From Candidatus Geothermarchaeota archaeon (GTDB lineage: Archaea > Thermoproteota > Nitrososphaeria > Geothermarchaeales > JDFR-13): a DNA stretch of 64,000 bases. This document shows, in pieces, positions 29,920 through 39,710 of the stretch. The DNA is taken from assembly GCA_015523545.1 (NCBI GenBank), contig WAKB01000001.1:194159-258158 (forward strand), given 5' to 3'. The translations under genes were made by a program, and so were the position numbers. A model generated the notes under the pieces. That model saw only the letters and a list, made by a program, of their open reading frames with translations, was not told where the DNA came from and ran no database searches. The stretch's first letter is position 1. Every line of letters begins with the position of its first letter.

Positions 29920-30336
29920 GAGCGGGAAGTCTACACCCTCCTCCCTAATAATCTTCTCAGCCTCCTCCCTATCAAACCCCCCGAAGAACTCCTCCCCATC
30001 CACAATCCTATAGATATGATAGTTGGTTACCGGGGGTATTGGACGTTCCCAGTCGACCCTATGGATACTCATAAGCCCCGGGTCGTCCGACTCATACTTA
30101 TAGACCACCAGGTCATACTCATCGGCAGTGACGATATCGTTGAAGGTCAGCTTCCTCATATAGTGGGTGAAGACCCTCTCGAAGAAGAGTATAAACGGCT
30201 TGTCAGGGTCGATCTCCACACCCTCGACCTCCTCCCAGGAATCGCCGGCCTTCCTGTACAGCCTCCCATCCATCCTAAGCTTAAAGTCGTGGTAAGAGTT
30301 GTAATACTCCAGGACGATCCTATAGACCACCGGCAT
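29914..30336 (-). CDS. Hypothetical protein (140 aa, acidic, no motif)
   Basis: Clean ORF 51 nt downstream of guaB on the same strand. Its 3' end overlaps the convergent gene by 6 nt. Confidence 0.4.
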   Translation of the reverse strand: MPVVYRIVLEYYNSYHDFKLRMDGRLYRKAGDSWEEVEGVEIDPDKPFILFFERVFTHYMRKLTFNDIVTADEYDLVVYKYESDDPGLMSIHRVDWERPIPPVTNYHIYRIVDGEEFFGGFDREEAEKIIREEGVDFPLL

Positions 30337-30387
30337 AAAAAGGGAAGATGCTAGTAGGGTGGCATTAAACCGGTGTAGATACTTCGG

Positions 30388-31839
30388 CTATCCAGGTATA
30401 AATATGTCGTGGGGCTTGATCTCCAAAGAGCCCTGCGGAGGTATATATGCAAACCTAGCCTTCTCCCACATCTCAGTTATCCTAGAAGCACCTACATAGC
30501 CCATAGCCGCCTGGAGACCAGCCCTAAGCTCACCCACCACATCAGATACCGAGCCCCTATATGGAACCCATCCCTCAACACCCTCATCAATATCCTTTGA
30601 AGGCTTGGAATACCTATCGAGCCCGGCCCTCTTAGCCCTGGCCCTCGCACTACCCATGCCGTAATACTCCTTGTAATACTTCCCCTGTATAGCTATGAGC
30701 CTACCGGGGCTCTCACGGGTACCCGCGAAGACGTTACCCATGATCACTGCAGAGGCCCCTGCAGCCAGTGCCAAGGCAATATCACCAGTATTCCTAACAC
30801 CTCCATCAGCCAAGACAGGTATCTCCCCATGCAGACCAAGCTCGTCGAGAGCATCGGCAGCCTGTATAGTGGCGTAGAGGGTGGGGGCCGCCACACGGGT
30901 AACAACGCTAGTGGTACATATAGAGCCGCTACCCATACCCATACGTAGGCCGTCCACCCTCTCAATCCTCGATAGAACCTCCAACACCGCCTCCCTTGTA
31001 CCCAGGTTACCCACGACGAACCTGGCCGATATCTCCCTAGACATCTTAGCAGCGGCCCTGATAACATTCTCATTATGGAAATGGGCCACGTCAGTCACTA
31101 TGAGATCGACATATCTATCCAGCCTCTTGGCACGTTCAAGGTCGAAGGGGGATACAGCCGCCCCCACGAGGAGCCTACCATCCTCATCCCTACTAGCCAT
31201 TGGATACCTCCCCTTGAGGGAGATGTCCCTAAAGGTTATGAGGCCCCTAAGCCTGCCCTCACCATCGACTATAGGCAGCTTCTCCACCCTATGCTCATGC
31301 ATAAGCTGCTTAGCCTCCTCCAGCGAGACCTCCTCACTCGCCGTTACAAGCCTCTCCCTAGGCGTCATCACGGAGGATACCCTAAGCCCCCTATCACTAT
31401 ACCTGATATCCCTCCAAGTGACAATGCCTACAAGCCTATCCCCATCCTCCACCACTGGCAGTCCATGGATATTCTTCTCCTCCATAATCCTATAGGCCTC
31501 CCCAACAGTCGTGTCAGGAGTCACCACCACAACATCCCTAATTATCCTAGACTCAGCCCTCTTCACCCTCCTAGCCATCTCGACCTGCTCATCCACACTA
31601 CAGTTCCTATGCAGGATGCCGAGGCCACCCTCCCTGGCAAGCGAGATAGCCAGCTCCGAGCCAGTAACGGTGTCCATGGGAGAGGATATGAAGGGCAGGT
31701 TTATCCTGAGCCCCCTAGCCGCATATGTGGATAGGTCGATCTCCCTCGGCTCCACATATGACTTCCCAGGCAGGAGGACAAGATCGTTAAAGGTGTATAG
31801 AGTCTCTATACCCTCAAGCTTAGAGGCGAACCTAGCCAT
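30388..31839 (-). CDS. guaB: IMP dehydrogenase with CBS pair
   Basis: 483 aa. GMGSGSICTT (catalytic Cys loop), tandem CBS region, GGVRNTGD, YYGMGS. Confidence 0.9.
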   Translation of the reverse strand: MARFASKLEGIETLYTFNDLVLLPGKSYVEPREIDLSTYAARGLRINLPFISSPMDTVTGSELAISLAREGGLGILHRNCSVDEQVEMARRVKRAESRIIRDVVVVTPDTTVGEAYRIMEEKNIHGLPVVEDGDRLVGIVTWRDIRYSDRGLRVSSVMTPRERLVTASEEVSLEEAKQLMHEHRVEKLPIVDGEGRLRGLITFRDISLKGRYPMASRDEDGRLLVGAAVSPFDLERAKRLDRYVDLIVTDVAHFHNENVIRAAAKMSREISARFVVGNLGTREAVLEVLSRIERVDGLRMGMGSGSICTTSVVTRVAAPTLYATIQAADALDELGLHGEIPVLADGGVRNTGDIALALAAGASAVIMGNVFAGTRESPGRLIAIQGKYYKEYYGMGSARARAKRAGLDRYSKPSKDIDEGVEGWVPYRGSVSDVVGELRAGLQAAMGYVGASRITEMWEKARFAYIPPQGSLEIKPHDIFIPG

Positions 31840-31959
31840 TAAGAGACACCCCAGAACCTATTTAAAAGACTATTGAATAGCCGTCTAGGAATATAAATAT
31901 CCCCTACTGGGCAGGGGGCGACTGAGAAGGAGTTTATAAAAATATTGGGTGTAGAGAGA

Positions 31960-33822
31960 TTACTCCACAACGGGTATGCCGAACTTGATGGAGATCCTCT
32001 TCTTCTCCTCGTAGCTGATGCTGTCCGGATCCCAGAAGCCCTCGTAGGTCTGCCTGTAGAGCGGGTCGGACTCAAGCTTCTTAATATTCCTCTTATACCT
32101 CTCCTGGCTCAGGCTCTTGAGGCCTGTCCTCCTCAGATACTCCTTGAGGCTCATCGAGTACCTCTTGATCAGCCTATCCCTATACATCTCCGGCATGACG
32201 TTGTAGGTACAGAACGGCATTATCCTGCCGTCCGGGCCTACATAGTGGATGTCACACCTCTGTATCCTTGCCACGTCATAGTTATACTCGTCCTGGAAGT
32301 GCATCATACCGACGTAGAGCGTGTTGAGGTGGAACTTACCCAGTGAGCTGTAGTCATGCCTCACAAAGATGTCGAAGAACATCTTGTAGATCCTACCCCT
32401 CTTCCTCAGCTGCTCAGGAACATACTTCCTGTCTATGAAGCTCGGTATCTTGGCGAGGAGCTTCATTAGGGCCATCTTCCTGCTCCCGCCCTTCCTCATA
32501 TACTCGTTCAGCTCCTTGATATACTCGGCGAAGGACTCTACATCCATGAACTTGGGGAGCGGGGTTATCCTACCAGTCCTCTGATCCTGGAATATGTATG
32601 TAGCTACTCCACATGCGAAGTGGTTAGTCATCTTGAACTGATGCTCACCAGTGACGAGCTCGACGAACTCGCTAATCGGTGCTGTGAAGGGGACTGAGAA
32701 CCAGTGGTCCATCAAGACCTCTCCATTAGTACCCTCCTCGACAAGCTTGACGACGTCTGGGATCGTGATCCTAAGCCTCTGCCTCTCATGCTTAGGCATC
32801 CTACCAACCAGGCTGACGGGCTGGTAGTTAAGCCCCCTCACCACATCGTTGTGCTTAAGGGCGAAGTAGAGCATCTGGGCGACCTCATGGTCATTGACCG
32901 TCCTGATCACCGTTGGAACCAGTACTATACCCATCCCAGCCTTCCTAGCCGCGTCGAATATGAAGGGCACCTCCCAGTGGTTCTTCGGATTGGTATATGG
33001 AGTAACGCCGTCGAAGCTCATGTATAGCGTGTTGACACCAGCCTCCCTAAGCTCCTTGAGATACTCGGGCCTACCCACAAAGTTTATGCCGGTCGTGTTG
33101 AGCTGGACATGGATGAAGCCCAGCTCCTTAGCCATCTTCACGATATCCACTAGATCCTCCCTAAGAGTAGGCTCTCCACCAGTTATCTGTAGAGCCATGG
33201 CGGGCACAGGCTCCATACTCCTAGCCGACTCCATCATGAACCTTATGTGGTCCAGGGTCGGCTCATAGATATAGCCCGCAGCCTCGGCATAGAAGAAGCA
33301 GTACCAGCAGGATAGGTGGCACCTATTAGTTATGACAAGGTTTAGGAGAGCCGTGTGGCTCTTATGACGGGCACAGAGCCCACAGTTATATGGACATGGG
33401 TTGACAAGGTCTACGAAGGGGTTGCTAACACCATGCCCATCATAGGACTCCTTACTCTTCTTATAGAAGAACTCCGCATCGCTCCAATATACCTCCTCTA
33501 CCTCTCCATGGTCTGGACAGACCTTCCTGATATATATTGCGCCGTCCCTCTCGAATACCACCGCCCTGATAAGGCTCCTACACTCTGGACAGATGCTGAG
33601 GGTGCTCTTAACCCTCTTCTCACCCTCCCTCAACGGAACCTTAGCCCTGATCTTGAACTGGAAGTCGACACCCTCCTTAGGCATCGTCTCCTCGACGACC
33701 TTCTGGCCTACTAGGGCGAATATCATGCTGTCCTTTACCTTGCTGAGCTCGTCATAGTTAACGTAGCCGTCCTCCCTAAAGTACTTACTGATGTCCAGCC
33801 TTATCTCCGACACTTCCACCAC
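31960..33822 (-). CDS. Radical SAM enzyme, probably of the tetraether lipid synthase (Tes/GDGT-MAS) family
   Basis: 620 aa. N-terminal rubredoxin-like CPEC...CPDHG and radical SAM CHLSCWYC. The size and architecture resemble the MJ0619-type family. The radical SAM call is secure; the Tes assignment is inferential. Confidence 0.55.
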   Translation of the reverse strand: MVEVSEIRLDISKYFREDGYVNYDELSKVKDSMIFALVGQKVVEETMPKEGVDFQFKIRAKVPLREGEKRVKSTLSICPECRSLIRAVVFERDGAIYIRKVCPDHGEVEEVYWSDAEFFYKKSKESYDGHGVSNPFVDLVNPCPYNCGLCARHKSHTALLNLVITNRCHLSCWYCFFYAEAAGYIYEPTLDHIRFMMESARSMEPVPAMALQITGGEPTLREDLVDIVKMAKELGFIHVQLNTTGINFVGRPEYLKELREAGVNTLYMSFDGVTPYTNPKNHWEVPFIFDAARKAGMGIVLVPTVIRTVNDHEVAQMLYFALKHNDVVRGLNYQPVSLVGRMPKHERQRLRITIPDVVKLVEEGTNGEVLMDHWFSVPFTAPISEFVELVTGEHQFKMTNHFACGVATYIFQDQRTGRITPLPKFMDVESFAEYIKELNEYMRKGGSRKMALMKLLAKIPSFIDRKYVPEQLRKRGRIYKMFFDIFVRHDYSSLGKFHLNTLYVGMMHFQDEYNYDVARIQRCDIHYVGPDGRIMPFCTYNVMPEMYRDRLIKRYSMSLKEYLRRTGLKSLSQERYKRNIKKLESDPLYRQTYEGFWDPDSISYEEKKRISIKFGIPVVE

Positions 33823-33922
33823 CTTAAAATAGATTCTATAGATTATCAGGACGATTCGTTATATAAGCGTTTCATACCTTTCACCATGGTATTTGTTATG
33901 AACCCGTAAGTAAATCTTGGGG

Positions 33923-33936
33923 GATGTATATACATC
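33923..33936. promoter_or_regulatory. Perfect 14-bp palindrome GATGTATATACATC upstream of the radical SAM gene
   Basis: Read directly. It is TATA-centred and lies ~100 nt upstream of the start at 33822 (minus strand). Confidence 0.25.
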
Positions 33937-33957
33937 ATATATCATTTACGGATAAGG

Positions 33958-34548
33958 CTAGCGCCTTGCCGTGAAGACCCTCCTCCTAGCCAGTAGGAGA
34001 AGCACCACGGCTAGTAGGAAGACTATGTATATTGTCAGGTCCGCCCCATCCCGTGGCTCAGGAAGCTCTGCAGTATCCTCACCGATTATATCCTCCCTTC
34101 CAAACTCGTTGGGATAGTCCTTGTAGACGGCATAGCCCTCCCTAACCATATATGCATTGACATTCACCAGGCCATCGTCGGATACGAGGTACAATATGGC
34201 TACTACCCTCCCATAGGGGTCGAATATCCCCTGGTCATCAACGTCTAGACAGACGTCCCACCCTATACTCGAGACCAGCCTATAGAGGGCGTCTGAAGCC
34301 TCCTCACCCTCTGGGGTACCCAGCTCCGGGGCGTTGATATCAGCCAGCCTGACCTTCACCAGGTCACCAACGGATACGCCGGGGATCCCCCTCTCCATCT
34401 CCTCCACAACGATCCATACCGTGTCCCCATCCACTATCCTATCTATGTATCCACAGACCTCAGTTGGATACGCATACACCACATCTGAGCCGTGAAAAAC
34501 AATTGGCAGGAGTATTAGGAGGAGTAGGCTACTCCTCACCAGACCCAT
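33958..34548 (-). CDS. Secreted/membrane-anchored staphylococcal (micrococcal) nuclease homologue
   Basis: 196 aa. N-terminal signal-like LLLLILLPIVF, IVDGDTVWIV and VRLADINAPE (SNase motifs), C-terminal TM helix plus RRR. Confidence 0.7.
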   Translation of the reverse strand: MGLVRSSLLLLILLPIVFHGSDVVYAYPTEVCGYIDRIVDGDTVWIVVEEMERGIPGVSVGDLVKVRLADINAPELGTPEGEEASDALYRLVSSIGWDVCLDVDDQGIFDPYGRVVAILYLVSDDGLVNVNAYMVREGYAVYKDYPNEFGREDIIGEDTAELPEPRDGADLTIYIVFLLAVVLLLLARRRVFTARR

Positions 34549-36457
34549 CTTTTAACCACCTGTCGAGCCATGACAGGATCTCCTTAAGCCTCTCAACCCT
34601 ATGCTTAGGCTTCCCCTTACGGCTAAGGTCATGATCCTCCTTGGGGAACAGGACGAGCCTCGTGGGCACCCCGACCTTCTTCAGAGCCGTGAAGAAGATT
34701 AGGGCCTGATCCATCCAGCAGCGGTAATCATTCATCGAGTGTATAATGAGGGTGGGCGTCTTAGCCTTGTAGGCGTGGGCGACAGGACTCTTCTCTATAC
34801 ACCTAGATATCTCCTCCAGGGGGCTACAGCCTATCTGGTCCTCGACGAAGTAGAAGCCTATGTCTGTAGTCCCGAACATCGATATCCAGTCCGATATCGA
34901 CCTCATAGTGACGGCGGCCCTAAACCTATCTGTCTGGGTCACTATCCAGTTGATCATGAAGCCTCCATAGCTCCCACCCGCGACGCCTATCCTCTCCCCG
35001 TCTAGGAAGCCGAACTTCTCGAGTACATGGTCAACAGCCTCCATCAGGTCTTGATAGTCCCTCTCCCCATAGCGGCCCCGGATATCGGCGAACTCCTCGT
35101 CATAACCGTCGCTACCCCTAGGATTGGTGAATACTACTGCATATCCATTCGAGACGTATAGCTGGAACTCCTCCATGAACGAGGGGCCGAACATCGTCTT
35201 AGGCCCTCCATGTATATATAGGACCCATGGGAAGGGGCCCTTACCCCTCGGCTTCAATACCCAGCCATCAATCTTAGCCCCGTCAGAAGCGGTGAACCTA
35301 AAGTGGAGGGGCGCCGCAAGGAAGTACTTCTCCCTAAACCCATCTGTGAAGCCGGTGGCCCTGCGAGGCTCACCCTCCTCATAGGTATAGATCTCCTTAG
35401 GCCTGTCGAACGACATGGCCGTGAAGACGAGACTGCCATCCCTAATGTCAAACTCGTCTATAGACATATCGCCAAGCTCGAGGAAGGGCTTGGCATCCCA
35501 GCCTGGTGGGGAAGCCCTGTAGAGGACGACCCTACCCCTCCTAGAAACCTGGAAATATAGATCTTCACCGTCCCAAACCACACGCCTACTACATGAGGGC
35601 CCCCTGACATCCGAGTTCACAGTATTGGATACATTGTATATCCCGGGCCTAACAATGGCTACTACATCAGGCTCCCCCGGATCCACCACATATATCCTGT
35701 TATGCGTGGCGAAGCCCCTAGCCCTCTCGTGGCCAAGCACGGCTATGAGGCCGGATCCGCTCCACGCCACACCCCAGAGGGTATATCCACCTAGGAGGGT
35801 GGCCTCCTCACCAGTCTCCATATCCAGGATATGTAGGCTCGTAACATAGGGTTTTAGCTCCTCATCCCTAGATATATAGGCGAGTAGACGGCCATCCCTT
35901 GACACAGCAGCATCCACGACATGGACCTCCTCGGGTGTAACCTCCCTCTTAACGCCTCCATAGGCGTCTAGGATATAGGCCCTGTTATAGAGGCTATATA
36001 CGAATCCCGCCCCGTTGAACCATACTGGGAGACGCTCAATCCTCTTAACATCCTCCTCGACCTCACCCGTCCTCTCCAGGAGGAGTATCCTCCCATCATC
36101 TATCCATGACCAGGAGACTATGCCGTTCCTACTCCTGTAGAGCTCACGAGGCTCACCCCTAAGATCAGTTATCCAGAGCGAGACACCCCTCTCATCCTCC
36201 TTGAAACCCCTCCTACTGAGGAAGCCTATCCTCTCCCCGCTGGGGCTCCACCTCCCACAGAAGTCTGAGGGGCCACTGGTAATAGACTCGTAATGGCGGT
36301 TTCCATAATCCATAAGCCATAGGGTCGAGAGGTATCGATCCCTATCACCATCCATCCTCGTCACGGTGAAGAGGACCTTAGAGGCGTCAGGTGAGAAGCT
36401 CGGATCAGATACCAACGTGATCTCAAGGAGACTCTCAGGCGTGAGCCTCTTCCTCAT
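34529..36457 (-). CDS. S9 acylaminoacyl-peptidase family serine peptidase (second copy)
   Basis: 642 aa. GGSYGGF, HSMNDYRC, propeller-like N-half. Overlaps the SNase gene start by 20 nt. Confidence 0.8.
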   Translation of the reverse strand: MRKRLTPESLLEITLVSDPSFSPDASKVLFTVTRMDGDRDRYLSTLWLMDYGNRHYESITSGPSDFCGRWSPSGERIGFLSRRGFKEDERGVSLWITDLRGEPRELYRSRNGIVSWSWIDDGRILLLERTGEVEEDVKRIERLPVWFNGAGFVYSLYNRAYILDAYGGVKREVTPEEVHVVDAAVSRDGRLLAYISRDEELKPYVTSLHILDMETGEEATLLGGYTLWGVAWSGSGLIAVLGHERARGFATHNRIYVVDPGEPDVVAIVRPGIYNVSNTVNSDVRGPSCSRRVVWDGEDLYFQVSRRGRVVLYRASPPGWDAKPFLELGDMSIDEFDIRDGSLVFTAMSFDRPKEIYTYEEGEPRRATGFTDGFREKYFLAAPLHFRFTASDGAKIDGWVLKPRGKGPFPWVLYIHGGPKTMFGPSFMEEFQLYVSNGYAVVFTNPRGSDGYDEEFADIRGRYGERDYQDLMEAVDHVLEKFGFLDGERIGVAGGSYGGFMINWIVTQTDRFRAAVTMRSISDWISMFGTTDIGFYFVEDQIGCSPLEEISRCIEKSPVAHAYKAKTPTLIIHSMNDYRCWMDQALIFFTALKKVGVPTRLVLFPKEDHDLSRKGKPKHRVERLKEILSWLDRWLKDGSGEE

Positions 36458-36553
36458 AGCAAGGAAACTCCCTGGAACAACGATTTAAAACATGAGAACC
36501 ATGCCCGAGTAGAGGCGTCATCTTTATCCATAGAGACCGGGAAATACTAGTCT

Positions 36554-37549
36554 ATGGAGCTCAGACTATGTATAGTAGGCTTTGGAAACGTTGGTACCGG
36601 GTTTGCCAAGATCCTCCTCGATAAAGGCTACAACGTGATGGGGCGGGGCATAAGGATCACGGCCATAGTAGACCCGGTGAAGGGGAGCGTGATCAATCAG
36701 CGTGGAGTAGACCTGGCCAAGGCCCTGAGACTGGTTGCCGAGACTGGGAGGCTCGAGGGATATGGAGAGGGATATGTAGACGAGGTGGATACTTTGGAGG
36801 TTATAAAGCAGGATCTCCACGACGTGGTCATCGAGCTGACCCCAACCAACATAGAGACCGGGGAGCCGGGGTATAGCCATGTAAAGACAGCCCTAGAGAC
36901 CGGGAAGCACGTCATAACCACTAACAAGGGTCCAGTAGCCCTCCACCTCTACGAACTCCTATCACTAGCTGGTGAGAAGGATCTATACCTAGGCTTCGAA
37001 GGCACCGTGATGAGTGGGACGCCACTGATAAAGACCCTCCTCTACGGGATGGATAGAGGGCTTGTAAAGAAGGTGGAGGGAGTCCTAAACGGGACTACGA
37101 ACTACATACTGACGAGGATGGAGGAGGGCCTAACATATAGGGAGGCCCTGGAAGAGGCGAGGTTGAAGGGCTATGCAGAGGCGGATCCAAGCATGGATAT
37201 AGATGGCCACGACCTAGCCGCGAAGGCCTCGATACTGGCTAGCCTGATAGAGGGTAGGCAGGTAACCCCCAGGATGATCAGGAGGACGAGCCTAAGGACA
37301 TACCTAGAGGAGGCTGGGTATAGGGATGGGACCAAGTACGTACTCTCAGTCGAGCCTGGCGACTACAGGGTAGAACCCAGGGAGTATCCCGAAGGACACC
37401 CCCTCAGAATGCTTAGAGGGGTTGAGAACGGGGTCATCATAGAGACGGAATATCTCGGAAGGATATTCCTGAGCGGCCCCGGAGCCGGTAGGGAAGAGAC
37501 CGGCTACGCCGTCTTGACAGACCTTATCGACCTTATACGCCGCCTCTAG
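36554..37549 (+). CDS. hom: Homoserine dehydrogenase
   Basis: 331 aa. VGFGNVGTG (NAD site), GVLNGTTNYIL, GYAEADPSMDIDGHDLAAKASILA. Confidence 0.8.
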   Translation: MELRLCIVGFGNVGTGFAKILLDKGYNVMGRGIRITAIVDPVKGSVINQRGVDLAKALRLVAETGRLEGYGEGYVDEVDTLEVIKQDLHDVVIELTPTNIETGEPGYSHVKTALETGKHVITTNKGPVALHLYELLSLAGEKDLYLGFEGTVMSGTPLIKTLLYGMDRGLVKKVEGVLNGTTNYILTRMEEGLTYREALEEARLKGYAEADPSMDIDGHDLAAKASILASLIEGRQVTPRMIRRTSLRTYLEEAGYRDGTKYVLSVEPGDYRVEPREYPEGHPLRMLRGVENGVIIETEYLGRIFLSGPGAGREETGYAVLTDLIDLIRRL

Positions 37550-38634
37550 GGTATTATCTCCACACTATTCGTGTAGGGTGGATACTTGATATCCCCCAGG
37601 CTCACGATACCCTCCCTCACCAGCTCCACGACCCGGGGCCGAATCCTCTCCAGCTCGTCAATAAGGTGGAAGACTGTTCTACAGACCTTGTGGAAACCAT
37701 CCTCACCCCAGAACATCGTCTTATTCGTGAAGAGGCACCTACCCCCACAGAGGTCGAAGTAGCTACATGATCTACAGGGCTCACCAACCACCGCCCTACC
37801 CGGGAGATTCTCCGGCAAGTCCCTATCTATATGACCCACAACGTTAAACCTAAACTCAGGGGCTATTGGACACGCCAATATCCTACCATCCGTCGCTATG
37901 GCGAAGGCGTCTATACCCGAGCCGCAGCGGAGATACCTCCTCCGCTCACCGGTCAGCATACTCCACATCAGGCCCTTGAAGGGGGCTATCCCAAGCACAT
38001 TACCATTCTCCATCTCCCTTATCCATAGCCTGACCAGCCTAGAGACCCCCTCGTTATACCTCTCCAGCCAAGAGTCGAAGTCGCTATACCTCTGCATAGG
38101 TGGGTAGTCCCAGAGCACGTCTAGCTGCCAATGGACATGGCTGAAGAGGCCGTCGAGGAAGAGTAGATGGGTCACCTCCCTATAGATATCCGTCTTGGAG
38201 GATACAGCCATACGGGCTACCAGGTCGCCTCGGAACCCAACACTCCTAACATACCTAGCCCTATCCAAGACCTTGTCATACACACCCCTGCCACGGTAAT
38301 AGTCCGTAACCTCCCTACCCCCATCGATGCTCAGGAGGATCGTGTCGAACCTCCGGATATAGCTGTCACCCAGCCTATGGAGCATAACACCATTAGTCTG
38401 GATAACATAGTGCTTGGCAGGTACACGATCCATGATGAGCCTAACCAGGTCACCCCTCATCGAGGGATCCCCACCATAGAAACATATCACAGCCTCAGGG
38501 TCGCGGGATATGAAGCGGCGTATCTTCTCCACATCCACCTCGAGATGTATAGGCATGACCCTAGGGTTAGGCTCATTCATACAGTAGATACACTTCAACC
38601 CACAGACCTGGGTCAGTATAATGTAGTACAGCAT
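37546..38634 (-). CDS. Radical SAM/SPASM-domain enzyme (peptide-modifying maturase-like)
   Basis: 362 aa. CGLKCIYC at the N-terminus and the C-terminal Cys-rich CRSCSYFDLCGGRC. Monocistronic. Confidence 0.7.
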   Translation of the reverse strand: MLYYIILTQVCGLKCIYCMNEPNPRVMPIHLEVDVEKIRRFISRDPEAVICFYGGDPSMRGDLVRLIMDRVPAKHYVIQTNGVMLHRLGDSYIRRFDTILLSIDGGREVTDYYRGRGVYDKVLDRARYVRSVGFRGDLVARMAVSSKTDIYREVTHLLFLDGLFSHVHWQLDVLWDYPPMQRYSDFDSWLERYNEGVSRLVRLWIREMENGNVLGIAPFKGLMWSMLTGERRRYLRCGSGIDAFAIATDGRILACPIAPEFRFNVVGHIDRDLPENLPGRAVVGEPCRSCSYFDLCGGRCLFTNKTMFWGEDGFHKVCRTVFHLIDELERIRPRVVELVREGIVSLGDIKYPPYTNSVEIIP

Positions 38635-38758
38635 TGATTACAAACTATCCACCAGAGGGGTAAATAACTCTGGATAAGGTCTGGAGCCGGCGGGGTAAAT
38701 ACATGTATTAACTTAGGCATAGGGTTATTATACCCGGCAGGGTGGAAATATCCATATT

Positions 38759-39406
38759 ATGATTATAACCTTCGACTGCTACGGAACACTAATAGACTGG
38801 CTAGGAGGAGCCAAGAAGGCCTTCCTAGAACTATACCCAGGAGAGGAGGATAAGGTAGACAGCTTCATAAAATACTGGGGCGAGAAGGACTGGGAACTAG
38901 TTAGCAGCGGAGTATACAGGCCCTACAGGGAGATCCTGAGGATAGGCTTCAAATACGCCCTGGAGAAGCTAGGCCTGGAATACGATGAGGAGACCCTTGA
39001 GAGGCTGACCTACTCAATCTACGAGTGGAGACCCTTCCCAGACGTACACGACCCACTAGCAAGGCTCGTGGAGAAGGGTGTGGAGCTAGGCATAATATCA
39101 AACACCGATAGGGACTTCATAATGAAGAGTATAGAGCATATAGGCGTGGAGTTCCACCACATAATAGTCGCCGAGGACATAAAGATCTACAAGCCAGACC
39201 CAAGAGTATTCATAGAGGCCCGTAAAAGACTCCCCAAGGACAGGTGGATCCACGTATCGGCATATCCACAGTACGACATATACCCAGCACTAGAGGCGGG
39301 GGTAGAGACCATACTCCTAGACAGATACGGATACAGAGACCAGGTAGACCAGACAAAGGTCAGGGTAATAGAGAGGCTTGAAGAGCTACTAGAACTTCAT
39401 GGTTAA
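38759..39406 (+). CDS. HAD-superfamily hydrolase, haloacid dehalogenase type II-like
   Basis: 215 aa. ITFDCYGTLIDW, ISNTD, YKPDPRVF. Confidence 0.6.
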   Translation: MIITFDCYGTLIDWLGGAKKAFLELYPGEEDKVDSFIKYWGEKDWELVSSGVYRPYREILRIGFKYALEKLGLEYDEETLERLTYSIYEWRPFPDVHDPLARLVEKGVELGIISNTDRDFIMKSIEHIGVEFHHIIVAEDIKIYKPDPRVFIEARKRLPKDRWIHVSAYPQYDIYPALEAGVETILLDRYGYRDQVDQTKVRVIERLEELLELHG

Positions 39407-39710
39407 AATTACCTATACCAAACCCTTTATTGACATAGGACAGCATTCCTGAGAATTAAAAGAACAAACATCTAACACTTGACACGAGAAGACCTAAAGC
39501 AGAACGATCCTTAGTCATTCATCCCAGTACAAGATATCCATAAAGAGAATCATGCGTGAGATCTCCATAATTGCCTGAAACTAATACTAAATCGTCAAGC
39601 AACAGGTGAGGGGTATCGCTAAATTTTGGCCCCTATCTAGTGCCATGTAGATCAACTCCGAAATCAATGTATATCTATAGGCTGTAGTTATTGAATTATG
39701 ATTAAATATA

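Noticed and set aside
30881-31734. Long plus-strand ORFs (204 and 219 aa) antisense to guaB. The same pattern occurs at 20577-21014, 26290-26829, 12846-13388, 52621-53151 and many shorter cases.
   Set aside because: Their compositions are Ser/Leu/Pro/His-rich, as expected from reading the complement of strongly biased codons. Each lies wholly inside a gene with clear family motifs, so they are shadow ORFs.
39407-39710. AT-rich 304-nt spacer considered as a replication origin or structured RNA gene.
   Set aside because: I could see no ORB-like repeats and no orc1/cdc6 gene nearby. The region is too AT-rich and stem-poor for a hyperthermophile structural RNA. It is kept only as part of the ABC-islet finding.
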